A DNA stretch of 63,174 nt, filler included, from Phoronis australis (Eukaryota; Animalia; Phoronida): the NCBI GenBank assembly GCA_002633005.1. It is 10 parts of 10 records of this genome, joined end to end, with 100 filler letters (N's around TTAATTAATTAA, not from the genome) between each part and the next. Parts side by side here need not be neighbours in the genome. Positions count along the whole stretch, not along the records: positions 58,919 to 63,174 come from NMRA01000115.1; 9 more parts are not named here. One strand, written 5' to 3'. Made by a program: the position numbers and the translations under genes. The number at the start of each line of letters is the position of its first letter. The stretch's first letter is position 1. This document shows, one piece after another, positions 62,761-63,174 of this stretch. Below the pieces are notes generated by a model. It ran no database searches. It was not told the origin of the DNA and saw nothing but the letters and a program-made list of their open reading frames with translations.

Positions 62761-63174
62761 CCGGGACCGGGAACAGGGAGACTCGTATAGTCGACGACAG
62801 GGGGTTAGGGGTGTATGGAAAGTTAGGGTTAGGGAAGGTGCATCGGAACACGTTGTGTAGGTTTTGTGTTTTTCCCCTGCTTTGTTAAAGGGGCAACCTG
62901 CGTCTCCCGTCAAAAATAACCCTTGGTGGTGTAAAATCGGCCTCATGTTGTTCTTTACTCAGATGAGAAATGATTTCTGGGCTGGAGAAGAACGGAGAAG
63001 TCGTAATGGGGCTATTCGGAGAATTCTCCTCGCGGTGTCGCTGCTGTACTAGTGGTGATTGAATTGCGCATGCGTGGCTGTCTGCATGTAAACAACTGGT
63101 AAAAGATGGAATTTTTATCAAAATACGTCGTCGCGCTAAGCCTTAGTACTGCTAATTTCCCTGGTGCAAGTCTT

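Noticed and set aside
1-63174. tRNA, rRNA, spliceosomal snRNA or histone genes
   Set aside because: No recognisable consensus was found by eye; tRNAscan-SE and cmscan would be needed to exclude divergent copies.

Overview
This is AT-rich, intron-rich animal genomic DNA. The repeat landscape suggests a marine invertebrate, possibly a lophotrochozoan, but the species cannot be determined. The window is not one locus: nine identical 100-bp linkers (N44-TTAATTAATTAA-N44) join ten unrelated contigs, so gene order across linkers means nothing. Most entries in the ORF track are noise; the real genes are spliced and were rebuilt by hand from GT-AG sites and reading phase. All lie on the minus strand: the 3' end of an unidentified coiled-coil protein gene (2012-5016), TMEM59 (16744-23007), MRCK/CDC42BP kinase exons (31070-33293), GPR155/LYCHOS (42500-46079), DOCK3/4 (47016-50521) and an SLC23 transporter 3' end (56505-58641). 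The rest is transposon debris (two RTE-type LINE fragments, an L2/CR1-group 3' end, an ISL2EU-like composite relic, a foldback element, MITEs and Helentron/DINE-like elements) plus many minisatellites, including a perfect 49 x 27-bp array beside a promoter-like region. I found no convincing new multi-gene system. The best leads are splicing and regulatory oddities: a 7-nt microexon, a triplicated splice acceptor with poison decoys, a possible dual-frame exon, a uORF-saturated leader, and an array carrying a hypoxia-response (HRE) motif in every unit.
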